A stretch of 64,000 bases of DNA, from assembly GCA_002269645.1 (NCBI GenBank), contig NIVC01000201.1:310001-374000 (forward strand). The letters run 5' to 3'. The notes below the pieces were generated by a model. That model did not search any database. It saw only the letters and a list, made by a program, of their open reading frames with translations, and was not told the DNA's origin. Position numbers and translations under genes: made by a program. Origin of the DNA: Macrostomum lignano. Taxonomy: Eukaryota. The first letter of the stretch is position 1; each line of letters opens with the position of its first letter. This document shows, piece by piece, positions 37,282 to 51,904 of the stretch.

Positions 37282-40200
37282 CTAGCAATCTATGCCCCCC
37301 GTTGGGGAGCCAAAGAAATGCAATAGCTACACGTTTTTTTAATAAGCTACATGTATCCTTGAAATCTTAAAAAATCTCCTGTCAAACCTTGTAAGCCTTG
37401 ACATGTCAGTAATTCACAAGCTTTAATATAACTCCTTGATTACAATGACGCTTCTACGATTTTTACATGACGCTTCTATATAGCCTAATTACATGACGCT
37501 TCTATGATTGTTTCAGTAACTCTTCTATGAGTTTACATGACGCTTATACGATTGTGACAAGCCTGACATCTAGGATTTACATGAACGCTTCTATGATTTT
37601 TACATGACGCTTCTACGATTTTTACATGACGCTTCTATTTTTTACATGACCTCTATGAATCATACATGTAATATTTTTACATAACGCTTCTACATGATTG
37701 TTTACATGACGCTTCTGATTTAGTTTGATCTTTTTACATGACGCCTTGACATTTTACAGACTATTCTAATTTTACATGTCGCATGGCCTATGACCTTGAT
37801 CTGATTTTACACCTTGACTATATTCAACATGACCTTCCTATGATTTTTACATGACGCTTCTAGATTTTACATGCGCCTATTTACATCATGCTTCATGACT
37901 TTTATTCGACATGACGCTTTTATGATTACATGGCTACTTCTATGATTTTTACATGACGCTTCTTATGAACATGGCGCTTCTAGATTGTTTTAATGTACAT
38001 GATTTGAATGTACGCTTCTAGATTGTTTACATGACGTAATCTAGTTTACATGACGTTCTAGATTGTTTACATGACGCTTCTATGATTTTTTACATGACGC
38101 TTCATGATTTTTACATGACGCTTCTTTTTTCACCACGATTTCTATGATTTTACATGACGCTTCTATGATTTTTACATGACGCTTCTATGATTTTTTACAT
38201 TACGCTTCTATGATTTTTACATGACGCTTCTATGATTTTTACATGACGCTTCTATGATTGTTTCATGACGCTTCTATGATTGTTTACATGACGCTTCTAT
38301 GATTTTTACATGACGCTTCTATGATTGTTTACATGACGCTTCTATGATTTTTACATAACGCTTCTATGATTTTTACATGACGCTTCTATGATTTTTTACA
38401 TGACGCTTCTATGATTTTTACACGACGCTTCTATGATTGTTTACATGACGCTTCTATGATTTTTACATGACGCTTCTATGATTGTTTATATGACGCTTCT
38501 ATGATTGTTTACATGACGCTTCTATGATTGTTTCATGACGCTTCTATGATTTTTACATGACGCTTCTATGATTGTTTACATGACGCTTCTATGATTGTTT
38601 ACATGACGCTTCTATGATTTTTTTAAATAACTCTTTCTATGATTTTTAAATGACGCTTCTACGATTTTTTACATGACGCTTCTATGATTGTTTACATGAC
38701 GCTTCTATGATTTTTTACATGACGCTTCTATGATTGTTTACATGACGCTTCTATGATTGTTTACATGACGCTTCTATGATTGTTTACATGACGCATCTAT
38801 CATTTTTACATAACGCTTCTATGATTTTTACATGACGCTTCTACGATTTTTACATGACGCTTCAATGATTTTTTACATGACGCTACTATGATTTTTACAT
38901 GACGCTACTATGATTTTTTACATGACGCTTCTATGATTGTTTACATGACGCTTCTATGATTGTTTACATGACGCATCTATCATTTTTACATAACGCTTCT
39001 ATGATTTTTACATGACGCTTCTACGATTTTTACATGACGCTTCTATGATTTTTTACATGACGCTACTATGATTTTTTACATGACGCTTTGATGATTTTTT
39101 ACATGCCGCTTCTACGATTTTGGCAGGACGATTCTATGATTTTACATGACGCTTCTATGATTTTTTACATGACGCTTCTATGATTGTTTCACGACGCTTC
39201 TATGATTTTTACATGACGCTTCTATGATTGTTTACATTCTTCTATGCTTGTTTACATGACGCTTCTATGATTGTTTAAATGACGCTTGAATGATTGTTTA
39301 CATGACGCTTGAATGATTGTTTACATGACGCTTTTATGATTTTTACATGGCGCTTCTATGATTGTTTACATGACGCTTCTATGATTGTTTACATGACGCT
39401 TCTAGGATTGTTTACATGACGCTTCTAGGATTGTTTACATGACGCTTCTAGGATTGTTTACATGACGCTTCTATGATTGTTTCATGACGCTTCTATGATT
39501 TTTACATGACGCTTCAAGGATTTTTTACATGACGCTTCTACGATTTTGGCAGGACGATTCTATGATTTTACATGACGCTTCTATGATTTTTACATGACGC
39601 TTCTATGATTTTTTACATGACGCTTCTATGATTTTTACATGACGCTTCTATGATTTTTACATGACGCTTCTATGATTGTTTCATGACGCTTCTATGATTG
39701 TTTACATGACGCTTCTATGATTTTTACATGACGCTTCTATGATTGTTTACATGACGCTTCTATGATTTTTACATGACGCTTCTATGATTTTTACATGACG
39801 CTTCTATGATTTTTACATGACGCTTCTATGATTTTACATGACGCTTCTATGATTGTTTACATGACGCTTCTATGATTTTTTACATGACGCTTCTATGATT
39901 TTTACATGACGCTTCTATGATTTTTACATGACGCTTCTATGATTGTTTCATGACGCTTCTATGATTGTTTACATGACGCTTCTATGATTTTTACATGACG
40001 CTTCTATGATTGTTTACATGACGCTTCTATGATTTTTACATGACGCTTCTATGATTTTTACATGACGCTTCTATGATTTTTTACATGACGCTTCTATGAT
40101 TTTTACACGACGCTTCTATGATTGTTTACATGACGCTTCTATGATTTTTACATGACGCTTCTATGATTGTTTATATGACGCTTCTATGATTGTTTACATG

Positions 40201-43200
40201 ACGCTTCTATGATTGTTTCATGACGCTTCTATGATTTTTACATGACGCTTCTATGATTTTTACATGACGCTTCTATGATTGTTTACATGACGCTTCTATG
40301 ATTTTTTTAAATAACTCTTTCTATGATTTTTAAATGACGCTTCTACGATTTTTTACATGACGCTTCTTTGATTGTTTACATGACGCTTCTATGATTTTTT
40401 ACATGACGCTTCTATGATTGTTTACATGACGCTTCTATGATTGTTTACATGACGCTTCTATGATTGTTTACATGACGCATCTATCATTTTTACATAACGC
40501 TTCTATGATTTTTACATGACGCTTCTACGATTTTTACATGACGCTTCAATGATTTTTTACATGACGCTACTATGAATTTTACATGACGCTACTATGATTT
40601 TTTACATGACGCTTCTACGATTGTTTACATGACGCTTCTATGATTGTTTACATGACGCATCTATCATTTTTACATAACGCTTCTATGATTTTTACATGAC
40701 GCTTCTACGATTTTTACATGACGCTTCTATGATTTTTTACATGACGCTACTATGATTTTTACATGACGCTACTATGATTTTTACATGACGCTACTATGAT
40801 TTTTACATGACGCTTTTATGATTTTTTACATGACGCTTTGATGATTTTTTACATGACGCTTCTACGATTTTGGCAGGCCGATTCTATGATTTTACATGAC
40901 GCTTCTATGATTTTTTACATGACGCTTCTATGATTGTTTCACGACGCTTCTATGATTTTTACATGACGCTTCTATGATTGTTTACATTCTTCTATGCTTG
41001 TTTACATGACGCTTCTATGATTGTTTAAATGACGCTTGAATGATTGTTTACATGACGCTTGAATGATTGTTTACATGACGCTTCAAGGATTTTTTACATG
41101 ACGCTTCTACCATTTTGGCAGGACGATTCTATGATTTTACATGACGCTTCTATGATTTTTACATGACGCTTCTATGATTTTTTACATTACGCTTCTATGA
41201 TTTTTACATGACGCTTCTATGATTTTTACATGACGCTTCTATGATTGTTTCATGACGCTTCTATGATTGTTTACATGACGCTTCTATGATTTTTACATGA
41301 CGCTTCTATGATTGTTTACATGACGCTTCTATGATTTTTACATGACGCTTCTATGATTTTTACATGACGCTTCTATGATTTTTACATGACGCTTCTATGA
41401 TTTTTTACATGACGCTTCTATGATTTTTACACGACGCTTCTATGATTGTTTACATGACGCTTCTATGATTTTTACATGACGCTTCTATGATTGTTTATAT
41501 GACGCTTCTATGATTGTTTACATGACGCTTCTATGATTGTTTCATGACGCTTCTATGATTTTTACATGACGCTTCTATGATTTTTACATGACGCTTCTAT
41601 GATTGTTTACATGACGCTTCTATGATTTTTTTAAATAACTCTTTCTATGATTTTTAAATGACGCTTCTACGATTTTTTACATGACGCTTCTATGATTGTT
41701 TACATGACGCTTCTATGATTTTTACATGACGCTTCTATGATTGTTTACATGACGCTTCTATGATTGTTTACATGACGCTTCTATGATTGTTTACATGACG
41801 CATCTATCATTTTTACATAACGCTTCTATGATTTTTACATGACGCTTCTACGATTTTTACATGACGCTTCAATGATTTTTTACATGACGCTACTATGATT
41901 TTTACATGACGCTACTATGATTTTTTACATGACGCTTCTATGATTGTTTACATGACGCTTCTATGATTGTTTACATGACGCATCTATCATTTTTACATAA
42001 CGCTTCTATGATTTTTACATGACGCTTCTACGATTTTTACATGACGCTTCTATGATTTTTACATGACGCTACTATGATTTTTACATGACGCTACTATGAT
42101 TTTTACATGACGCTACTATGATTTTTACATGACGCTTTTATGATTTTTTACATGACGCTTTGATGATTTTTTACATGACGCTTCTACGATTTTGGCAGGA
42201 CGATTCTATGATTTTACATGACGCTTCTATGATTTTTACATGACGCTTCTATGATTTTTTACATTACGCTTCTATGATTTTTACATGACGCTTCTATGAT
42301 TTTTACATGACGCTTCTATGATTGTTTCATGACGCTTCTATGATTGTTTACATGACGCTTCTATGATTTTTACATGACGCTTCTATGATTGTTTACATGA
42401 CGCTTCTATGATTTTTACATGACGCTTCTATGATTTTTACATGACGCTTCTATGATTTTTTACATGACGCTTCTATGATTTTTACACGACGCTTCTATGA
42501 TTGTTTACATGACGCTTCTATGATTTTTACATGACGCTTCTATGATTGTTTATATGACGCTTCTATGATTGTTTACATGACGCTTCTATGATTGTTTCAT
42601 GACGCTTCTATGATTTTTACATGACGCTTCTATGATTTTTACATGACGCTTCTATGATTGTTTACATGACGCTTCTATGATTTTTTTAAATAACTCTTTC
42701 TATGATTTTTAAATGACGCTTCTACGATTTTTTTACATGACGCTTCTATGATTGTTTACATGACGCTTCTATGATTTTTTACATGACGCTTCTATGATTG
42801 TTAACATGACGCTTCTATGATTGTTTACATGACGCTTCTATGATTGTTTACATGACGCATCTATCATTTTTACATAACGCTTCTATGATTTTTACATGAC
42901 GCTTCTACGATTTTTACATGACGCTTCAATGATTTTTTACATGACGCTACTATGATTTTTTACATGACGCTACTATGATTTTTTACATGACGCTTCTATG
43001 ATTGTTTACATGACGCTTCTATGATTGTTTACATGACGCATCTATCATTTTTACATAACGCTTCTATGATTTTTACATGACGCTTCTACGATTTTTACAT
43101 GACGCTTCTATGATTTTTTACATGACGCTTCTATGATTGTTTACATGACGCTTCTATGATTGTTTACATGACGCTACTATGATTTTTACATGACGCTTCA

Positions 43201-46200
43201 TGACGCTTTGATGATTTTTACATGACGCTTCTACGATTTTGGCAGGACGATTCTATGATTTTACATGACGCTTCTATGATTTTTTACATGACGCTTCTAT
43301 GATTGTTTCACGACGCTTCTATGATTTTTACATGACGCTTCTATGATTGTTTACATGACGCTTCTATGATTGTTTACATGACGCTTCTATGATTGTTTAC
43401 ATGACGCTTCTATGATTTTTACATGACGCTTCTATGATTGTTTACATGACGCTTCTATGATTTTTACATGACGCTTCTATGATTTTTACATGACGCTTCT
43501 ATGATTTTACATGACGCTTCTATGATTTTTACATGACGCTTCTATGATTTTTACATGACGCTTCTATGATTTTTACATGACGCTTCTATGATTTTTACAT
43601 GACGCTTCTATGATTGTTTACATGACGCTTCTATGATTGTTTACATGACGCTTCTATGATTTTTACATGACGCTTCTATGATTGTTTACATGACGCTTCT
43701 ATGATTTTTACATGACGCTTCTATGATTTTTAATGACGCTTCTATGATTTTTACATGACGCTTCTATGATTTTTACATGACGCTTCTATGATTGTTTACA
43801 TGACGCTTCTATGATTTTTACATGACGCTTCTATGATTGTTTACATGACGCTTCTATGATTGTTTACATGACGCTTCTATGATTGTTTACATGACGCTTC
43901 TATGATTTTTACATGACGCTTCTATGATTTTTACATGACGCTTCTATGATTTTTACATGACGCTTCTATGATTTTTACATACGCTTCTATGATTTTTACA
44001 TGACGCTTCTATGATTTTTTACATGACGCTTCTATGATTGTTTACATGACGCTTCTATGATTTTTACATGACGCTTCTATGATTGTTTACATGACGCTTC
44101 TATGATTTTTACATGACGCTTCTATGATTTTTTACATGACGCTTCTATGATTTTTACATGACGCTTCTATGATTTTTTACATGACGCTTCTATGATTTTT
44201 ACATGACGCTTCTATGATTTTTACATGACGCTACTATCATTTTTACATGACGCTTCTATGATTTTTACATGACGCTTCTATGATTTTTACATGACGCTTC
44301 TATGATTTTTACATGACGCTACTATGATTTTTACATGACGCTTCTATGATTTTTACATGACGCTTATGATTTTTTACATGACGCTTCTATGATTTTACAT
44401 GACGCTTATGATTTTTTACATGACGCTTCTATGATTTTTACATGACGCTTCTATGATTGTTTACATGACGCTTCTATGATTTTTACATGACGCTTCTATG
44501 ATTGTTTACATGACGCTTCTATGATTTTTACATGACGCTTCTATGATTGTTTACATGACGCTTCTATGATTGTTTACATGACGCTTCTATGATTTTTACA
44601 TGACGCTTATGATTTTTACATGACGCTTGATGATTGTTTACATGACGCTTCATGATTTTTTACATGACGCTTCTACGATTTTGGCAGGACGATTCTATGA
44701 TTTTACATGACGCTTCTATGATTTTTACATGACGCTTCTATGATTTTTTACATTACGCTTCTATGATTTTTACATGACGCTTCTATGATTTTTACATGAC
44801 GCTTCTATGATTGTTTCATGACGCTTCTATGATTGTTTACATGACGCTTCTATGATTTTTACATGACGCTTCTATGATTGTTTACATGACGCTTCTATGA
44901 TTTTTACATGACGCTTCTATGATTTTTACATTCTATGATTTTACATGACGCTTCTATGATTTTTACATGACGCTTCTATGATTTTTACATGACGCTTCTA
45001 TGATTTTTACATGACGCTTCTATGATTTTTACATGACGCTTCTATGATTGTTTATGACGCTTCTATGATTGTTTACATGACGCTTCTATGATTTTTACAT
45101 GACGCTTCTATGATTGTTTACATGACGCTTCTATGATTTTTACATGACGCTTCTATGATTTTTAATGACGCTTCTATGATTTTTTACATGACGCTTCTAT
45201 GATTTTTACATGACGCTTCTATGATTGTTTACATGACGCTTCTATGATTTTTACATGACGCTTCTATGATTGTTTACATGACGCTTCTATGATTGTTTAC
45301 ATGACGCTTCTATGATTGTTTACATGACGCTTCTATGATTTTTACATGACGCTTCTATGATTTTTACATGACGCTTCTATGATTTTTACATGACGCTTCT
45401 ATGATTTTTACATGACGCTACTATGATTTTTTACATGACGCTTCTATGATTGTTTACATGACGCTTCTATGATTGTTTACATGACGCTTCTATGATTGTT
45501 TACATGACGCTTCTATGATTTTTACATGACGCTTCTATGATTTTTACATGACGCTTCTATGATTTTTACATGACGCTTCTATGATTTTTACATGACGCTA
45601 CTATGATTTTTACATGACGCTACTATGATTTTTACATGACGCTACTATGATTTTTACATGACGCTTATGATTTTTTACATGACGCTTCTATGATTTTTAC
45701 ATGACGCTTCTATGATTTTACATGACGCTTCTATGATTTTACATGACGCTTCTATGATTTTTACATGACGCTTCTATGATTTTTACATGACGCTTCTATG
45801 ATTTTTACATGACGCTTCTATGATTGTTTACATGACGCTTCTATGATTGTTTACATGACGCTTCTATGATTGTTTACATGACGCTTGATGATTGTTTACA
45901 TGACGCTTTATGATTGTTTACATGACGCTTCTATGATTTTTACATGACGCTTCTATGATTGTTTACATGACGCTTCTATGATTGTTTACATGACGCTTCT
46001 ATGATTGTTTACATGACGCTTCTAGGATTGTTTACATGACGCTTCTATGATTGTTTACATGACGCTTCTATGATTGTTTACATGACGCTTCTATGATTGT
46101 TTACATGACGCTTCATGATTTTTTACATGACGCTTCTATGATTTTTACATGACGCTTTATGATTTTACATGGCGCTTCTATGATTGTTTACATGACGCTT

Positions 46201-47642
46201 CTATGATTGTTTACATGACGCTTCTATGATTGTTTACATGACGCTTCTATGATTGTTTACATGACGCTTCTAGGATTGTTTACATGACGCTTCTATGATT
46301 GTTTACATGACGCTTCTATGATTGTTTACATGACGCTTCAAGGATTTTTACATGACGCTTCTACGATTTTGGCAGGACGATTCTATGATTTTACATGACG
46401 CTTCTATGATTTTTACATGACGCTTCTATGATTTTTACATGGACGCTTCTATGATTTTTACATGACGCTTCTATGATTTTTACATGACGCTTCTATGATT
46501 GTTTACATGACGCTTCTATGATTGTTTACATGACGCTTCTATGATTGTTTACATGACGCTTCTAGGATTGTTTACATGACGCTTCTATGATTGTTTACAT
46601 GACGCTTCTATGGATTTTTACATGACGCTTCTACATGACGATTCTATGATTTTACATGACGCTTCTAGATTGTTTACATGACGCTTCTAGATTGTTTACA
46701 TGACGCTTCTACATGACGCTTCTATGATTTTTTACATGACGCTTCAAGGATTTTTTACATGACGCTTCTACGATTTTGGCAGGACGATTCTATGATTTTA
46801 CATGACGCTTCTATGATTTTTACATGACGCTTCTATGATTTTTTACATGACGCTTCTATGATTCTATGATTTTTACATGACGCTTCTATGATTTTTACAT
46901 GACGCTTCTATGATTGTTTCATGACGCTTCTATGATTGTTTACATGACGCTTCTATGATTGTTTACATGACGCTTCTATGATTTTTACATGACGCTTCTA
47001 TGATTGTTTACATGACGCTTCTATGATTTTTACAGGACGCTTCTTTTTAAAAAGTCTTTTAGTTTTCCTGACGTTGAAAAGCTTTAATTAAAAAAATTAT
47101 ACTCTATGAAAATTCGAACCATCGTCTCTGCATTTAGCAGTTCAGTTTGTTCACCTCTAGGCTAGTTCTTATCGTTTTGATAACATCAAATTTTGCACTT
47201 ATATAATTCAACACTTTAAAATCCAAGCAGTTATGACATAATCAATATCCAGTCAGTCAGTATCAGTTAACAATATGGTTACGCAATCTAAATCAAGTCT
47301 GGTGCTACGCTTCCACACTGCATTTTCAATTCAAGTCGGAGTTACAATTCAGTTATGACACAATCTATTTCGGAATCAGAATTCAACCAGTCAGTTTTTT
47401 CTCTAGCATTCTTACAATGCATTTCAAGTCGAAAAGTTTGCTTGACCTTTGCAAAAAAGCATGTTTTTCGAATATTTAATGCCTTTAGCATCAAGCAATT
47501 TCTTAGCCACGATGCATGTACCGTCACGGGAAAATTTCTGATCGAACAGTGCAAGTCTCATGAAAATCGGTTAAGCCATTTTTTCTCCAATCGATTACAA
47601 GCAAGCAAGCAAGATTTTCATTTTTAGTATTTAGGAAGAAGA
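37282..47642 (-). mobile_element. Non-autonomous Helitron, unit 3
   Basis: CTAG at 37282-37285 abuts unit 2. Its 5' end A|TCTTCTTCCTAAATACTAAAAATG is at 47642, so the trimer sits in an A|T target. Confidence 0.8.
37440..47045 (+). repeat. 21-22 bp minisatellite, array 3 (about 9.6 kb) with higher-order structure
   Basis: Same consensus. Recurring variant blocks include TTGGCAGGACGATTCTATG and AAATAACTCTTTCTATG. Confidence 0.95.
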
Positions 47643-48769
47643 TTCTACTTTTACTATTTAATTTTAGGCCTACTTCATCCAAAGTTGAAGCATAAGTATT
47701 GTACTATTTTTAACTCAAATTTGTACAAAAAGTATATGTAGATGACATGGCTATGAAAATTAATTATGGTATACTATTCACCAAAAACAAAGCTAGACAG
47801 CATGATAATATGTGTGATACAAAATCCTAGGCCCATGTGTCTATGTCTGCAACATTGCCAATTATTTGTAATCAGGTGGTACTTAGAGGCACATGGTAGC
47901 CATTGCACTATCATTGCCAGTCCAAGTGACAGCATGCATGGATTGCAGGTTGCATGGGAGGTGTTCCAATATATCTGGGCTTTCAACCTTGTTGGCAAGG
48001 ATGTTTACAATAGGTGTTGAAGGGCACCTGCTATAGGGCCTAGCCATGTCAATAGAAAAATAGCCTAAGAAAAATTATTTAGCCAAGTGACTATTAGGCC
48101 TAGTGCCTATTACAAATTTTCAAATTGTATTCCTAGTGCAACTGCTATATCAGCCATTTTCCTAGGTTTATTTTTATCATTCCATAGACACTACTTCTAT
48201 AGGCCCTAGCTACTTTCATTTTTGTACAAATTTGAGTTTAACAAAAGGAAAATACTTACACCAAAGTTGGTTTATTAATTAAAGCAATTTTTGCCTTAGC
48301 TCAAAAATATATTGTAATGTATGAGTATTTATAAAAATGGCAACGAAGCATAAAGAAAAAAATAAGGATATTAGCAATAACTTGGTAGTAAACTATCTTA
48401 ATTTTATGTCAAGATCCTTAGGTTGGTTTGATTCTAAATATATACAACAATATTAGTTTAGGGCATAGGAACCTATAAAATCTAGGGCCTTCTGATTTAC
48501 ATATATTGAAGGTAGAAATAGAAGCCAACCATTTAGGTACTAAACTCATTATATATTGTATTCCTTTGACTTAACTATACTTATATAGGATTTTAAATTA
48601 AAATTTTAATCATAATAAGATGCCATTTATATTCTAAATCTCTCTAAGGTTGCAATGCACTTATTCAAGAAAAATTGGTGCTATCAGATAATGCTCACAT
48701 CAGGCTTTTTGAGCCCAGATGACAAATTGCCACCTCATTGAGTTAATTGCCTAAACTGCAACTTCGCAG

Positions 48770-51700
48770 GCATCAGCAAGCAAGCAGCCCAGACCTGCCC
48801 TACACCAGGCCCCATTTTTGCACCTGTTGGACCAGGTAAAATATGGCCGCAATCTGCCAGCCCTGCTGTGCCAGCGACCCACGCAGACCATCTGCAACCT
48901 GTCAGAGACTGAGCTGCTCCACGGGCCCGAGTTCTCCAGCATGCGGCTGCCGTTTCAAGTCGGCAGCAGTGCAGGCAGCAGTGCTGATGGTCCCGAATCC
49001 AGCTGGCCCATCCAGCTGCTGTCTATGGCCGAGTTTTCCAGCTGCCTAGCAACTCAGAAGAGCCCCCACCAGAGCACCTGGCTGTATGCCTCCTATATCT
49101 ACCTGCACCCGGGTGCGTCTCCTCCGGACCCTCAGCTGGCCAAGATTCGCGAACGCATCGATTGGTCTGGTCTGGGCTTTGACAGAGGCTTGGCAGCCTG
49201 CGGCAGCACGCTGTGGATTGGGGGTCCAGGGTCCAAAACCAACCTGCACTATGACGCTTATGGTTACAATATTGTGTTTCAGGTTTGTTTAACACCTTTA
49301 ATATAGCTTTAACACCAGTGATATCATGCTCAATCATTATTTGGCATTCTGGACTTGAACAATTCCATGCGAAATAAAAGTCAAGGTGACCAATACTTGC
49401 ATCACGTAAAATTCTATTTGCGACCAATTTTCACTAGGGGAAGGGGAAGCTGGCATCGCAGGCACAGAGTCCGCATATCGATGCCATAAAAGACTTGAAT
49501 TGTTGTGTGACGTGTTCCACTATTAATTACTACCTACCGGAGTGTTTCACTATTAATTACTACCTACCGGAGTGTCCCACTATTAATTACTATCTACCGG
49601 AAGTGTTCCACAATTAATTAATATCTACCGGAAGTGTTCCAAAAGTAGTTACTACCTACCGGAAGTGTTACAATTAATTACTACCCACCGGAAGTGTTCC
49701 ACAATTAATTACTATCTACCGGAAGTGTTCCACAGTTAATTACTACCTAATGGAGTGTTCCACTATTAATTACTACCTACCGGAAGTGTTTCACAATTAG
49801 TTACTATCTACCGGAAGTGTTCCAAAAGTAGTTACTACCTACCGGAAGTGTTACAATTAATTACTACACATTGGAAGTGTTCCACAATTGATTATTACCT
49901 ACTAGAAGTTTTCCTAAGTGATTATTGCTAACCATTTTCTCTCGGAAACCCAGGTGTTTGGCAGCAAACGATGGACCCTCTACCCGCCTGAGTCCAGCCA
50001 CCTGCTCAGGCCTACCCGGCTGCCATTCGAAGAGTCCACCATCTTTTCCCGTCTGTCCGCCCCCGCCTCCGTGCCAGAGGCGCGGCCTCACAGCGTCACC
50101 CTGGAGCCCGGCGACCTGCTGTACGTGCCGCGCCACTGGTGGCACCGGGTTGAGTCCCTGGGCGACTCTGCCAGCTGCTCCGTTAACCTGTGGGTGCCGC
50201 TGCCTCACCTGGACGCCGCCTCTCGGCTCGGCGAATCCCTCGCCGGCCTGATGGTCCGCCTGCTCAGCTCGGCTCCGGCCGCTGCCCAGCTGCTTTCAGA
50301 GACGCGCTGGCGCTGCCGGGACGAGTCGGACAGGCGACACTGGAGGCGGCTGACTGGCGGCGCCGACGTCTGGGGACCCGGCGAGCTGAAGCGGGACCTG
50401 GCGACTGCCCAGGAGGCGGCTGCGGCTGCTGCGGATGCCGAGGCTGAAGCGGCGTCTGACTGCGACTGCGACTGCCGACTCTGCGGCACCGGGGACCAGG
50501 TAGGACTGGCAGTTGACTGGCAGACTGGCAGCCCTCTGCCTGCTCCTGACACCCTCTGCCTACTCCTGACACCCTCTGCCTGCTCCTGACACCCTCTGCC
50601 TGCTCCTGACACCCTCTGCCTGCTCCTGACACCCTCTGCCTGCTCCTGACACCCTCTGCCTGCTCCTGACACCCTCTGCCTACTCCTGACACCCTCTGCC
50701 TACTCCTGACAGCCTCTGCCTACTCCTGGCACTATCTGCCTACTCCTGACACTATCCGCCTACTCCTGACACCCTCTGCCTACTCCTGGCACTATCTGCC
50801 TACTCCTGACACTATCCGCCTACTCCTGACACCCTCTGCCTACTCCAGACAGCCTCTGCCTACTCCTGACACCATCTGCCTACTCCTGACACTATCTGCC
50901 TACTCCTGACACCATCTGCCTACTCCTGACACTATCTGCCTACTCCTGACACCATCTGCCTACTCCTGACACCCTCTGCCTACTCCTGACACCCTCTGCC
51001 TACTCCTGACACCATCTGCCTACTCCTGACACCATCTGCCTACTCCTGACACCATCTGCCTACTCCTGACACCCTCTGCCTACTCCTGACACCATCTGCC
51101 TACTCCTGACACCATCTGCCTACTCCTGACACCCTCTGCCTACTCCAGACAGCCTCTGCCTACTCCTGACAGCCTCTGCCTACTCCTGACACCTCTGCCT
51201 ACTCCTGACACCATCTGCCTACTCCTGACACCCTCTGCCTACTCCTGACACCCTCTGCCTACTCCAGACAGCCTCTGCCTACTCCTGACACCCTCTGCCT
51301 ACTCCTGACACCATCTGCCTACTCCAGACAGCCTCTGCCTACTCCTGACACCATCTGCCTACTCCTGACACCATCTGCCTACTCCTGACACCATCTGCCT
51401 ACTCCTGACACCATCTGCCTACTCCTGACACCATCTGCCTACTCCTGACACCATCTGCCAACTCCTGACACCATCTGCCTACTCCTGACACCATCTGCCT
51501 ACTCCCGGCGCAGACATCCCCTTCATTGTAGCTACTTTGAATTCTGCCAACCAATCAAACACTTCTAAGTTATCTGGTGCCGGCCCTACTCCACATCACC
51601 GCAGTCTGTATCGGAGTTTGTTTCTGCCTCCGGCGTCACCGTAGCGTCCCTGAGTCCAGACGCGGCGCCCGTCACTTCGCCACCAGCGCTTCGGCAGGGG

Positions 51701-51807
51701 GCCCCGAGGAGCGAATTCTCGCCGCTCTGGTGGACGCCGCCTGCGACGCTGAGGTGCTGGAGGTGCTGTCGGACAAGTTCATGCTGGCTTTGCAGGCCTC
51801 GCGTTGA
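48770..51807 (+). CDS. HSPBAP1: JmjC-domain protein, HSPBAP1 homolog; start and last exon uncertain
   Basis: Exons about 48770-49282 and 49954-50499, with a probable last exon at about 51605-51807. Spliced TLWIGGPGSKTNLHYDAYGYNIVFQ|VFGSKRWTLYPP...PTRLPFEESTIFS...TLEPGDLLYVPRHWWHRVESL carries the HxD...H Fe(II) ligands and HSPBAP1-type context. Confidence 0.8.
49520..49915 (+). repeat. About 31-32 bp intronic minisatellite
   Basis: Unit TACTA(C/T)CTACCGGAAGTGTTCCACAATTAAT. Confidence 0.9.
50529..51505 (+). repeat. 21 bp intronic minisatellite (about 46 copies)
   Basis: Unit CC(C/A)TCTGCCTACTCCTGACAC. Confidence 0.95.
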
Positions 51808-51904
51808 GATTGAGCTGATTAATGACCAAAATGCGCGTGATGAGGTTTGTCAATCCTCTACCATTGCCACTCCGTTACTCTGCCCTGTTACTGTTCTGTC
51901 CTTC

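Noticed and set aside
27355-47045. CRISPR-like appearance of short regular repeats
   Set aside because: The repeats are directly adjacent without unique spacers, there are no cas genes, and the context is eukaryotic.
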